Notes under the pieces: model-generated | The model's input: the letters and a program-made list of their open reading frames with translations, nothing else | What the model was told of the DNA's origin: nothing | Databases searched by the model: none | Source: an uncultured bacterium | GTDB taxonomy: Bacteria; Babelota; Babeliae; Babelales; Babelaceae | Reading direction: 5' to 3' | DNA: 64,000 nucleotides | NCBI GenBank assembly: GCA_963722385.1 | Contig: CAVRKK010000002.1 | Location: 736,001-800,000 of the forward strand | Shown here: positions 28,854 through 38,080 of the stretch, piece after piece | How positions within the stretch are numbered: the stretch's first letter is position 1 | Layout: each line of letters begins with the position of its first letter | Made by a program: the position numbers and the translations under genes

Positions 28854-29714
28854 TTACGGCAGTATTGGACCTACTGGAGGAGCTGTAGGAGCTGCCTTTT
28901 TCTCATCGTATTCATCGAGCTTTTTCTCAATATCATCGAGCGTCATTGTCGCGACAGCCTTATCAGCCTCTGCCTTGGCTTCTTCGAGAGCCTGTGCACT
29001 AATGCCTTCACGATGGGCAAGCTGTGAACTCGCGATAAAGTCTAAGAACTCATCGCTTTCAGGGAAATTAATATTACCAAGTTCACGTGCTATACGTTCT
29101 CTCATCGCATATGCATGCGCGTAAATGCTATAGGCATGCAGAACCTGTTCAGCACGTTCTGACTCTTCGGGCCCAGTTGCTTCTGGTAAAGCTAACAAGT
29201 CTTTCATATCCGCTATAAGGTTCTTTTCACTGCGGGTAAGCAGAGTAATAGCTTTACCCAAGTCATTTAATTTATCTTGCTCGATTTTCTTTTCGGCTGC
29301 CAACGTAGCATTGGTTCCTTCGAGCTTTTTAATTGCGGTTTGATAGCTTTTGTAGTTCTTTCCGCATTTCTCTTCAGTATTTCTCTGCAGAGCTTTTTGC
29401 GTAATTAAAGCTGTTAATTTCTTCGCGAGCTGTTCAACTACCTCACCGGCATTCGGGTAAACCTTAAATTTCGTTTTATACCCTTCCTTCAGTTCTGCCT
29501 TACGCTTTTCTGCATTTGGAAAAGCAGCACCGCCTGGCAAAAGGTCCCAGTAGGCTGCCAATATTACTTTCATATCTTGGCTATTTTCTGGTGCAGCATG
29601 AAGTGCTGCTTCAAAGGCACTATACGCATCACCAAAGTGCTTTGGCGCTTGTCCAAACATGCTTGATACGGCCATCGCTGACACAAGCAACGTAGTTATC
29701 ATAAATTTCTTCAT
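28854..29714 (-). CDS. Exported coiled-coil protein, paralog 1
   Basis: AAGGAG RBS, signal peptide; shares KHFxDxxSxFE, LAAxWDLxP and YKxKF with the upstream gene. Confidence 0.78.
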   Translation of the reverse strand: MKKFMITTLLVSAMAVSSMFGQAPKHFGDAYSAFEAALHAAPENSQDMKVILAAYWDLLPGGAAFPNAEKRKAELKEGYKTKFKVYPNAGEVVEQLAKKLTALITQKALQRNTEEKCGKNYKSYQTAIKKLEGTNATLAAEKKIEQDKLNDLGKAITLLTRSEKNLIADMKDLLALPEATGPEESERAEQVLHAYSIYAHAYAMRERIARELGNINFPESDEFLDFIASSQLAHREGISAQALEEAKAEADKAVATMTLDDIEKKLDEYDEKKAAPTAPPVGPILP

Positions 29715-29763
29715 GGTATTCTCCTTATGGTTATGTATAAAAATCACGTATTACTCCTGCTAC

Positions 29764-30657
29764 CTATTTTGTAGCTTCGATCTTCTTACTCAACGCTTCG
29801 GCTGTTAACGCCAATTCGTGAGCAAGTGCTTCTGGATTTTCTTTTTGCACTGCTTCCAAAGTATCCTTTTTGAGCTTCTCGAGATCAACACCGAAACCAG
29901 CAAGCTGCCCACCCACAACGATATCAATGAGCGGGTACTCAGGTAAGAAATTGAATCCCAATGCTTTGCCTTCTCGACGGCTCAAATAAAGAGCCTTGAC
30001 ATAGGCAACATAGGCTTCATGAACATTGTCAGCAAGTTTGTCTTCATCTTTTTCAGCTTTACGCAAAACTTCGATGGCATCGGTCAAGCTTGTCGTAATG
30101 CTTGTCTCAATGTTAACGATCGCAGCCAAGTTTTTATACGCGGTATTTGATTGACCACAACTTTCTTCAAGCCGCTTATATTTTTCTTCTGCCGCAGTTT
30201 GAGCTGCTGCTTGCTCATCCTTACATGCTTTCATATCTGTCCTGTATTTATCTTCAGCTTGGACAAGTTCTGCTTGCACTTTGTCTTGGACATCTTTGCA
30301 CTTAGTCTGCACCTCAGTAAGCGCTATTTTTGCAGCAGCTTCGTCGGCCGTACATTGCGTTACATACGTTTTAAACTGAGGCAGGTAATTTGACAATTTG
30401 ACTTTTGACGGATCCTCGCCAAATTTACCTTTATACATATCGCGATCCCTTATATTTTTGCGGTCAGAATCAGGTTCAAGGTCCCATATGGCCGCAAGGG
30501 TTGCTCGCATGTTTTCGAAATATTTATCCGTTTTCTGGACAGCGTGCGTACCCGTTTCAAACAAGCTGAATGGGTCGGTAAAGTGCTTGTTTTGCGCGAC
30601 TCCTCGGGGCACCACGAGGCCAGCGAGGACAAACGCGAGTAAGACATAGTGCTTCAT
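29764..30657 (-). CDS. Exported coiled-coil protein, paralog 2
   Basis: GGAG RBS, signal peptide; same motifs as 28854-29714. Confidence 0.78.
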   Translation of the reverse strand: MKHYVLLAFVLAGLVVPRGVAQNKHFTDPFSLFETGTHAVQKTDKYFENMRATLAAIWDLEPDSDRKNIRDRDMYKGKFGEDPSKVKLSNYLPQFKTYVTQCTADEAAAKIALTEVQTKCKDVQDKVQAELVQAEDKYRTDMKACKDEQAAAQTAAEEKYKRLEESCGQSNTAYKNLAAIVNIETSITTSLTDAIEVLRKAEKDEDKLADNVHEAYVAYVKALYLSRREGKALGFNFLPEYPLIDIVVGGQLAGFGVDLEKLKKDTLEAVQKENPEALAHELALTAEALSKKIEATK

Positions 30658-30868
30658 ATTTAAATCTCCCAATTAATACATGAATTAATTTTATAATATG
30701 CTTCATAATCATATTAGAAAATTTTAATATAAAAAAGCAATAGTTTTTTGGGTGAAAATTTGTCAGTTAATAGATAATTATAAATGGAGATAGTTGAGCT
30801 GAGTACTGAGAAACAAGAATGGTGGATTAAATTAATTAACCCACCATTCTTACAATCACTTAAGGAAT

Positions 30869-31009
30869 CTATTTCATATTTCCTTTTTGTGTAGGCGCTG
30901 AAGCGGTTTTTTCTTCTTTGCCCCACTTTGCCGTGCTTGCTTGTTTTTCCTGTTTTGGTGCTTCAGCCGCAGCATTTCCTGCAGCATGCTTTTTTTCGCG
31001 TTCTGCCAT
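30869..31009 (-). CDS. Small hydrophilic protein (46 aa), below the ORF-track cutoff
   Basis: AAAGGAG RBS 7 nt before ATG; MAEREKKHAAGNAAAEAPKQEKQASTAKWGKEEKTASAPTQKGNMK then TAG. Confidence 0.6.
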   Translation of the reverse strand: MAEREKKHAAGNAAAEAPKQEKQASTAKWGKEEKTASAPTQKGNMK

Positions 31010-31049
31010 GACAGATCTCCTTTATAAAGGTTTAATATAGACTTAAAAA

Positions 31050-31238
31050 CTATTCCGTTTTTGACTTCTTTTCATGACATTCATTACCACGGCAACGGTG
31101 AGGAGCAACGCCACCCTTGTGGCCTGCTTCTTGACGCGTCATCCCATGAGTATGCGGTGCAAGACCGCCTAATTTCCCTGCTTCCTGGTGTGTCATAGCC
31201 CCTGCTTTATGTTGTGTTTGACGTTTAGCCATAATCAT
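31050..31238 (-). CDS. KGG-motif stress-induced hydrophilin (GsiB/YciG-like)
   Basis: Two repeats MTxQEAGKLGG and MTRQEAGHKGG; AAGGAG RBS. Confidence 0.8.
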   Translation of the reverse strand: MIMAKRQTQHKAGAMTHQEAGKLGGLAPHTHGMTRQEAGHKGGVAPHRCRGNECHEKKSKTE

Positions 31239-31476
31239 TCTCCTTATTACAGGTTATGGGTACTACTTAACTATCTTCACTCTAGCATAATAGAAACAAG
31301 GATTTCAATATTTTTGTCAAATAAACATTTTTACAAGATTGCATGATCAATACTATCTATATTATTTTATTTATTTCTGCCGCTTCACAATCTGTTGACT
31401 TGTCGCGCAGCAAAATGGCATTATAAAATCATAAAAGTAAATATTAATAATTTATTCCAATATTAAGGATGCCGTT

Positions 31477-33369
31477 ATGAAGCAATTTTTCAAATTATTT
31501 ATCATTGCAACGCTCCTGGGCGCCTATGGCGCGCAAGCTGGCGAATTTAAACCAGGCGAGCCCGAGAAACCGGGAGAACATGGCAAGCCGGAAAAAGGAC
31601 CTGAGCATGTGGTAACTCCTCCGGTGACACCATCAGGGGAAGCGGGCCAAGGTGAAGCAGCGGCAAAAAAAGAAGAAGAAGCCGCAAAAAAGGCTGCTGA
31701 AGGGGGAGGCGCCATTATACCGGTGATGCCGGGAGGCGGGGGAGAAAAGCCCATTGAAACAATAACAACGGATGTCGGATCTATCTTGCGTGGTGGTGAT
31801 GCTGAAAAAATCAAGGCTCTATCAGCCGACCAGCTGACGGCATTTATTAATGAACAAATTAGTGAAGGCAAAATTACGCAGCTACGAGACCTTCTTACTT
31901 TTGACCTTTACAACAAACTATCCGAAGATCAGCGAAATAGCATAGAGTTCACGCTAGGTAAGTCTGAAAATGAAGCAGCGAAGAAGCTTGGCCTCGACCT
32001 TATTGCGGGGGAATCTGAAGAGGTAAAGCAAGCTAAAAATCCTGCGACGGTGGCCGAATCTCTTAAGTCTATAACCCCTGAAGTCTTTGAGAAGCTAACA
32101 CCTGAACAACAAGCTGACGTAGCCGTCGCCTGGGTTAACTCGGATAATCCTGACGCGCAAAATCGAGCAGCAGAGACTGTTGCTGACAAGGAACAACAGC
32201 TTGATGAGTTTACCAACGAAAAAACACCACTAACACCTGAACGCGTTGCTGCAATCGTGAAAATATCACGATTCCTTGCTTCGGTCATACGTCTAACTCG
32301 TTTTGTTGCCATTGTTAAGTTACCATTTCAGGCCATGTTGAAGCTTACTCACGGGCTTGATAAATATATTCACACTGCTGTTTCTGCCGTTAAGAGCAGA
32401 ATTGGCACGCAAGGGCTCACTACTGACCCGATCACCTGGATCAAAGCACAGGAAGCTGAATTGCAAAAAGAGCTTAAGAATCCTGAGCTGGACACGGCTG
32501 GGCGGATAGCCGTTTGGACTGCGGGGCGGTTAGCTGAGAGTCTTTTCCCCTTGATAGGCATCATGTGGCTTGGCGAAACAATTGGGAGAACTGCACTTAT
32601 CAGCAATCTCGATGCCATTGGTACGGTTTTTTCTAAAGCCTATAGATTACGAAAAGAGGCAGAAAAGACTTATGCTGCATACCCTGAGCTATCGGATAAA
32701 ATGTCGAAAAATCAGCTTGTTGATTTCAGCAACAAAAAAATTGCTGAATTTGGAGCTACGGCAAACGAAGAGGTCAAAAAAATCAGTGATTTTAAAACCA
32801 TACGAATAGGAATTGATAGAGAGAGAAATACCTATGCTTTTGAGGCCGACCCGGAAGCGCCAGAAGTGAAAAGTATGTATGCCAAATATGAGATACCTGC
32901 GGACACAAGTCCTGAGGCTGCATATACAAAAATATCAACCGAAGAGCATAATATTTATCTTAGTCGAGTGAAAAAGTTTCTTGATGCAAAAGGTTTAACA
33001 AAAAACTCAAACATTGAAAAGCTTATCAAAAACGCTCACTTGGGTGAATACGCATGGCAAAAGCCTCAAGTTTCGTTTCCAGCAGATATGGCCCCAGAAG
33101 ACAAAGAAGCTGTTCAAAAAGAATTGAGAAGGATGAATTTAGAATGGGGAGCTATTGATACCAATATTGAAAATGTTTTACCAACACCTCAAATTATAGA
33201 AAAAAACAAGGCATACGACAAATTAATCAATATTCTGCGCAAACTCCAAAAAGACCGCAACAATAATCTGGTGATTATGAAAGGGGCGGTTGAATATCAA
33301 AGGTTCCTCGGCAACATCGATAATGACCAAGCTGTCGAAGATAAGATTTTGGGCAAGAAAACTGCCTAA
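31477..33369 (+). CDS. Exported hypothetical protein with a Pro/Gly/Glu-rich N-terminus and central hydrophobic helices
   Basis: AAGGA RBS, signal peptide ending AQA, 630-aa ORF. Confidence 0.78.
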   Translation: MKQFFKLFIIATLLGAYGAQAGEFKPGEPEKPGEHGKPEKGPEHVVTPPVTPSGEAGQGEAAAKKEEEAAKKAAEGGGAIIPVMPGGGGEKPIETITTDVGSILRGGDAEKIKALSADQLTAFINEQISEGKITQLRDLLTFDLYNKLSEDQRNSIEFTLGKSENEAAKKLGLDLIAGESEEVKQAKNPATVAESLKSITPEVFEKLTPEQQADVAVAWVNSDNPDAQNRAAETVADKEQQLDEFTNEKTPLTPERVAAIVKISRFLASVIRLTRFVAIVKLPFQAMLKLTHGLDKYIHTAVSAVKSRIGTQGLTTDPITWIKAQEAELQKELKNPELDTAGRIAVWTAGRLAESLFPLIGIMWLGETIGRTALISNLDAIGTVFSKAYRLRKEAEKTYAAYPELSDKMSKNQLVDFSNKKIAEFGATANEEVKKISDFKTIRIGIDRERNTYAFEADPEAPEVKSMYAKYEIPADTSPEAAYTKISTEEHNIYLSRVKKFLDAKGLTKNSNIEKLIKNAHLGEYAWQKPQVSFPADMAPEDKEAVQKELRRMNLEWGAIDTNIENVLPTPQIIEKNKAYDKLINILRKLQKDRNNNLVIMKGAVEYQRFLGNIDNDQAVEDKILGKKTA

Positions 33370-33373
33370 AAGA

Positions 33374-33887
33374 GGCGCCTGCGCGTCGAGCGGCAAGCGG
33401 GGTTCTCGCAACCTACGCTAATCGCCTTCTTTCGAAGGCTGCTCCGGACAAAACATGCGTTACTTCGCATGTTTATGTCCTATGCAACCCGTGCGCCAAG
33501 GTTTCACCGTGGACCCTTTCAAGCGGCCCCTTCCGTCTACGTTTTTCGCTCTTCTTTAGAAGAGCTACTTCGGACAAATTAGGCGCTACTCCGCCTAATT
33601 CTGTCCTTGCATCCCGGAAGGATGCGCCGGGGCTACTCGGAGGGCTCATCAGATTTTATTTATTAAAGATTTTGGTAGAGATTTACTACAGGGTAAAAGA
33701 ATCTATTCTCCGTTAGGAGAATTGCGTTTGCCGTAATCATGCGTCCCGCATGGTTATGGCATTGAAAGAAAAAAAGACGGAGCAAGATAGCAACAGATCC
33801 AAATCAATGGGTGCAGGGCCGCCGCCCTGCCGCTCGATGCGTAGTCGCGCCCACCGCGTAGGTGTGCATGCTCGCCGCATAGGCGCC
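33374..33887 (-). repeat. REP/MITE-like modular hairpin element, copy 2 (inverted, with extra modules)
   Basis: Reverse complement matches 5211-5566 block by block; both ends carry GGCGCC. Confidence 0.8.
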
Positions 33888-33899
33888 GCCCCTCTTCCA

Positions 33900-35357
33900 T
33901 TATTTGTCAATGAGCCACGCAAAGGTCTCGGGAGTGAGATCCGTCTCATTATACTTTTTTAGATGAGCGAGATGCCTGTCCGCATCCTCCACAAAAAGAT
34001 CGGCGGCAATGCCCTCAGCCAGCCTTTGAGCTCCGACGCTAATACCAGCAATATCCTCGCTAATAAGCCCATGACTTAAGGCAGCCGCGTAATTAAAACA
34101 GTGAATATTCTTAAGATACGGAGCCAGCCCCGGAACCTTCTCAAGAAACTCAAAACGCGGGCCCAAATAAGGGAACCTGCCTAATTTTTTCTCGATAGGC
34201 GTTTTTTGCAGCCCCACCACATCGTGCCATAACATAACCTTGTCAATAACACCCCGCAACTCAGGCTGCTTGCTCCCATCAACGGCAAAGCCCGTTGCTA
34301 AAATGACATAATCAGCCGTAAATATCCCCGCTTGTGTTACTACCTCTACCAGATTGCCCCGCTGGCGCAAACTATCTATGGCTATGCCGGGATAAAGCTT
34401 CACATTGTCATGCCCCTTTAATCGCATGACCGAAATAAGCGGCACGGTCGCTCCCGCAAGAAAAATATTCTTGAACATCTCCCACCGCTGCTGATCGCTC
34501 AATGAATAAAATCCCTGCTGTGCACCCTCATGGGCCAAATAACGCGTCTTGGTAACAAGCGGCGGTTGCGGCCGCCGCATAAGCAAAGAAACCGTGCGAG
34601 CACCGTGCTCTAGTGAATAGCCAGCCGCATCAAAAGCCGAAGCACCAGCTCCAATAATAACAATGTCTTTATTACGAATCGAGCCAGAATCAAGCGCCTG
34701 CGCGGTATGCGCATACCGCGAAACCGGAAGATCACCGACAAAGCTCGGCAACTCAAATCCTCCAAAACCCGGCCTCCCCGTAGCAAGAACAACCTTATGC
34801 GCTTTTATACTAAGCAGGCGACTGTTTTTCTTAAGAGTAAGTTGCAACAGCTTACCCGCCGGTGCGACCGAAACGAGCTGAACACCATTCTTAACGGGAA
34901 GGGCAAGCACTTTTTTGTACCATACCAAATAGCTACCCCATAACTCCGTCGGCACCATATCCATCTTTTGCCAGGCATCAGCTCCAAACTGCGCCGTATA
35001 CCACGCCCGAAAGGTAAGGTGCGGTATAAAAAGAGCCGGCCCTAGGTACTTCTTGTTTGATCGCAAAACATTCATACGCGCATACGTCTGCCACGGCCCC
35101 TCGCGGCCGTCTTTCTCCTGATCAATAATAAGAATATTGGTAACACCAAGCCTACGCAACGCAAAGCCAATCGCCAATCCCGACATGCCACCGCCCACAA
35201 TAACAACATCAATAGGCCCCTGCTCCTCACGCCATGACGCTGCCGGGTAGTTAATAAGCTCAAGCTCTTCGCGCAAAACAGCCTCTAATTGCTCCAGCCC
35301 AGCAAGGGTCCTTGCAGATCCGCTCAAAATGAGGAGAGAAATTAATAACCGGACCAT
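33900..35357 (-). CDS. FAD/NAD(P)-dependent oxidoreductase (flavin monooxygenase-like, HpyO-type)
   Basis: VGGGMSG FAD motif, EGPWQTYARM, VVLATG, IGAGASA NAD(P) motif, ILATGF. Confidence 0.8.
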   Translation of the reverse strand: MVRLLISLLILSGSARTLAGLEQLEAVLREELELINYPAASWREEQGPIDVVIVGGGMSGLAIGFALRRLGVTNILIIDQEKDGREGPWQTYARMNVLRSNKKYLGPALFIPHLTFRAWYTAQFGADAWQKMDMVPTELWGSYLVWYKKVLALPVKNGVQLVSVAPAGKLLQLTLKKNSRLLSIKAHKVVLATGRPGFGGFELPSFVGDLPVSRYAHTAQALDSGSIRNKDIVIIGAGASAFDAAGYSLEHGARTVSLLMRRPQPPLVTKTRYLAHEGAQQGFYSLSDQQRWEMFKNIFLAGATVPLISVMRLKGHDNVKLYPGIAIDSLRQRGNLVEVVTQAGIFTADYVILATGFAVDGSKQPELRGVIDKVMLWHDVVGLQKTPIEKKLGRFPYLGPRFEFLEKVPGLAPYLKNIHCFNYAAALSHGLISEDIAGISVGAQRLAEGIAADLFVEDADRHLAHLKKYNETDLTPETFAWLIDK

Positions 35358-35658
35358 TTTGCACCACTATTTGTCAAATATTATTCATCTACACGGTAAA
35401 CGTAAACTATTTTTGACCACCAAGTCAATCAAGGAAAACGAGCCTTTATGAAATTAACAAAATAAGTTTAAAAAAAATGATTTTCAATCCACAACTCACG
35501 CGAAAAACGGCTTTTGTTTAAGAGCATACAAAGTATACTAATATCGTAAAAAATCACCGCAAGAACCGAGATAACTACTTGAAATTAACTTATCCTTGAT
35601 ATGTTGATTAAAATTATCTTATTCTTAAATTCGAAAAATCGGTGCAGGGGATGAGCAC

Positions 35659-36708
35659 ATGGGAACATTTCGATATCTTTTTCTGATAGTGCTTGCCAGT
35701 CACTTCTCGGTGACGGGAGCACCGGCTCAATCATGGACAGGGCATTTTCAGAAAATTTTCAGGCACCCTGAGCCCACGAAGCGCTTGATTACGATATCAA
35801 GCAGCAAGGAACCATGGCACGTTCCGCATTTTCGACAACTTATCTGCTCGTGGAATGCGCACCGGCCACGACGTGGCCATTTGCGATTTTTTGCCCGCGT
35901 CCGTAATAAAGCAACGAGTCAGTGGCTGTCCTGGCACAAGATTGCCGAATGGGGTTCCCATACCCAAAAATCTTTTAGCAATGCGGCAAAAGGGTCTTCC
36001 CATCATTTTGTACGGCTTGAGCTTGATCAAGATTTGTTGGCCGACGCCTTCGAGATCAAAGTACATGCATCCCATGGTGCACACTTAAAGGACATGGCTA
36101 TGGTTTCGGTGACGGTCGCTCGGCCTGAAAGCATGGCTCCTGAGTCAGCAACGCACTTCAAAAAGCTGCCCTCGGTGCTTATTCATTGTCCCGCCATATC
36201 GCAATTTTTAGTCGACCACCCTGATGCACATCGCATCTGCTCACCCGTATCATCAACCATGCTCGTAAGCTATTTAACGGGTAAGCGGATTAACCCGATT
36301 TCATTTGCAGAAAAGTCGTATGACCATGGCTTAAAAGTCTATGGCAACTGGGCATTTAACGCAGCACATGCCTTTGAGCAGGTTCAAGGTAGCCACTACA
36401 TTGCGGTTGCACGGCTCGGGTCATGGAGCGACCTACATGCCCTCTTACAGAAAAAAATTCCCATCGTGGTCAGCATACGGGGAGAGCTCGCTGGCGCGCC
36501 TAAACCATACCCTGAGGGCCACCTTTTGCTCGTTATTGGGTATAACAACAGAACACAAGAAGTTATTTGTCATGACCCAGCACAGCCAGAGGCAGCTCTG
36601 GTAAAAACTGCTTATGCGCTTGAACCTTTCTTAAGGGCCTGGGAGAGATCCCACCGCCTTGCTTATATTGCCCGGCCAGCCAAGCGGGAGGAGCAAGCAT
36701 GCAAGTAG
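35659..36708 (+). CDS. Peptidase C39-like family protein
   Basis: Signal peptide; SQ...ICSPVSSTM (Cys), GNWAFN, GHLLLVIGY (His), HDPA (Asp). Confidence 0.85.
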   Translation: MGTFRYLFLIVLASHFSVTGAPAQSWTGHFQKIFRHPEPTKRLITISSSKEPWHVPHFRQLICSWNAHRPRRGHLRFFARVRNKATSQWLSWHKIAEWGSHTQKSFSNAAKGSSHHFVRLELDQDLLADAFEIKVHASHGAHLKDMAMVSVTVARPESMAPESATHFKKLPSVLIHCPAISQFLVDHPDAHRICSPVSSTMLVSYLTGKRINPISFAEKSYDHGLKVYGNWAFNAAHAFEQVQGSHYIAVARLGSWSDLHALLQKKIPIVVSIRGELAGAPKPYPEGHLLLVIGYNNRTQEVICHDPAQPEAALVKTAYALEPFLRAWERSHRLAYIARPAKREEQACK

Positions 36709-36817
36709 GTTATTTGCTTATTTTGTATTCGGATTGGTCCTCTATACGCGCGATGGGACACCGAAGCACTATCCTGATTTTAAAATTTTTAAGCTTTTTG
36801 GCCGATAAAGGAGCGCT

Positions 36818-38080
36818 ATGAAAATTGCACGTGTTATTGGACGAGAAGTGTACGATTCACGCGGCTGGCCCACCCTCTTGGTTGAGTTGTTGCTCAGTGA
36901 TGGTTCTCTTTTTACGGGATATACGCCATCAGACAGTGTATCAAGCCGCTACCAAGCACACGAAAAGCTTGACAATGATAAGCGATTTGGTGGCAAGGGA
37001 GTCCGTAAAGCAATTGCAACAATTGACGAAGTCGTCGCTCCCTTCTTGGTCGGCAAAGAACCGATTATCCCCGAGCTTGATTTTGCCCTTATAAGCCTTG
37101 ACGGCACAACCGACAAATCAAACCTTGGCAGCAACGTACTTATTGCCCTCAGTATGGCACTCTACCGGGCTCACGCGTTTATTGAGCGCGTTGAGCTCTA
37201 TGAATTATTAGCGTACCTTGTTGGCGCTGATTCAGTAACCTTGCCCTGCCCACAAGTGACCCTCCTAACCGGCATCAGGACCATCAATGAAAATCTCTGC
37301 ATTCAAGAATGCATGATCGCACCGATCGGCTCATCCACACTCCAAGAAGCGCTTGAAGCCAGCTTTACTCTTTACCATGAACTCAAAAATATGCTTTTTG
37401 TCCGCGGCAAGCTTGTTGGCTTTGGTGATAATGGCGGCCTTGTAGCACCTTTTCATGATGACAGGCAGGCCCTTGATATCGTACTTGAAGCGGTTGAGCA
37501 GGCAATGCATAATGGTGCTCAAGGCTTTGGTATAGCATTAAATATTGGCGCCAATCATCTTTATGATGAGTCGTTTGAGCGGTACCGCGTACATGGGCAG
37601 GCAATAACCCGCCAAGAGCTCGTCAATTTCTATAACGAACTTGTTCAGACCTACCCCATCTATTCGATTGAGGACGGCTTGAGCGAAAATGACTGGGAAG
37701 GCTGGCGCCTGCTAACCGAGACACTGGGAGATAAGGTCCAAGTTGTCGGTGGCGACGTCTTTGCAACCTCGCCCGATCGGTTAAATAAAGTGACTGATTA
37801 CAATGTCGCAACGGCAGTTCTTATAAAACCGCATCAAATCGGCACTATTACCCAAGCAGTCCAAATGATTAACCTCTGCAAAAAGTACCAGCTCAACCCT
37901 ATCGTTTCGCTGGGTGGCGGTGAAACCGAAGACTCATTTATAGCCGATTTAGCCATCGGCACCAGCGCGGGACAAATCAAAGCCGGTGGCTGCTGCCGCA
38001 GCGAACACGTGGCCAAATACAATCGCCTATTGGCTATCGAGGAATCTCTAATCTCGGGCCGCGATCGCTTCCTGCTGTAA
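36818..38080 (+). CDS. eno: Enolase homolog with a degenerate active site
   Basis: REVYDSRGWPT, DGTTDKSNLGSN, SIEDG, LIKPHQIGT and QIKAG motifs; several catalytic residues substituted. Confidence 0.85.
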   Translation: MKIARVIGREVYDSRGWPTLLVELLLSDGSLFTGYTPSDSVSSRYQAHEKLDNDKRFGGKGVRKAIATIDEVVAPFLVGKEPIIPELDFALISLDGTTDKSNLGSNVLIALSMALYRAHAFIERVELYELLAYLVGADSVTLPCPQVTLLTGIRTINENLCIQECMIAPIGSSTLQEALEASFTLYHELKNMLFVRGKLVGFGDNGGLVAPFHDDRQALDIVLEAVEQAMHNGAQGFGIALNIGANHLYDESFERYRVHGQAITRQELVNFYNELVQTYPIYSIEDGLSENDWEGWRLLTETLGDKVQVVGGDVFATSPDRLNKVTDYNVATAVLIKPHQIGTITQAVQMINLCKKYQLNPIVSLGGGETEDSFIADLAIGTSAGQIKAGGCCRSEHVAKYNRLLAIEESLISGRDRFLL

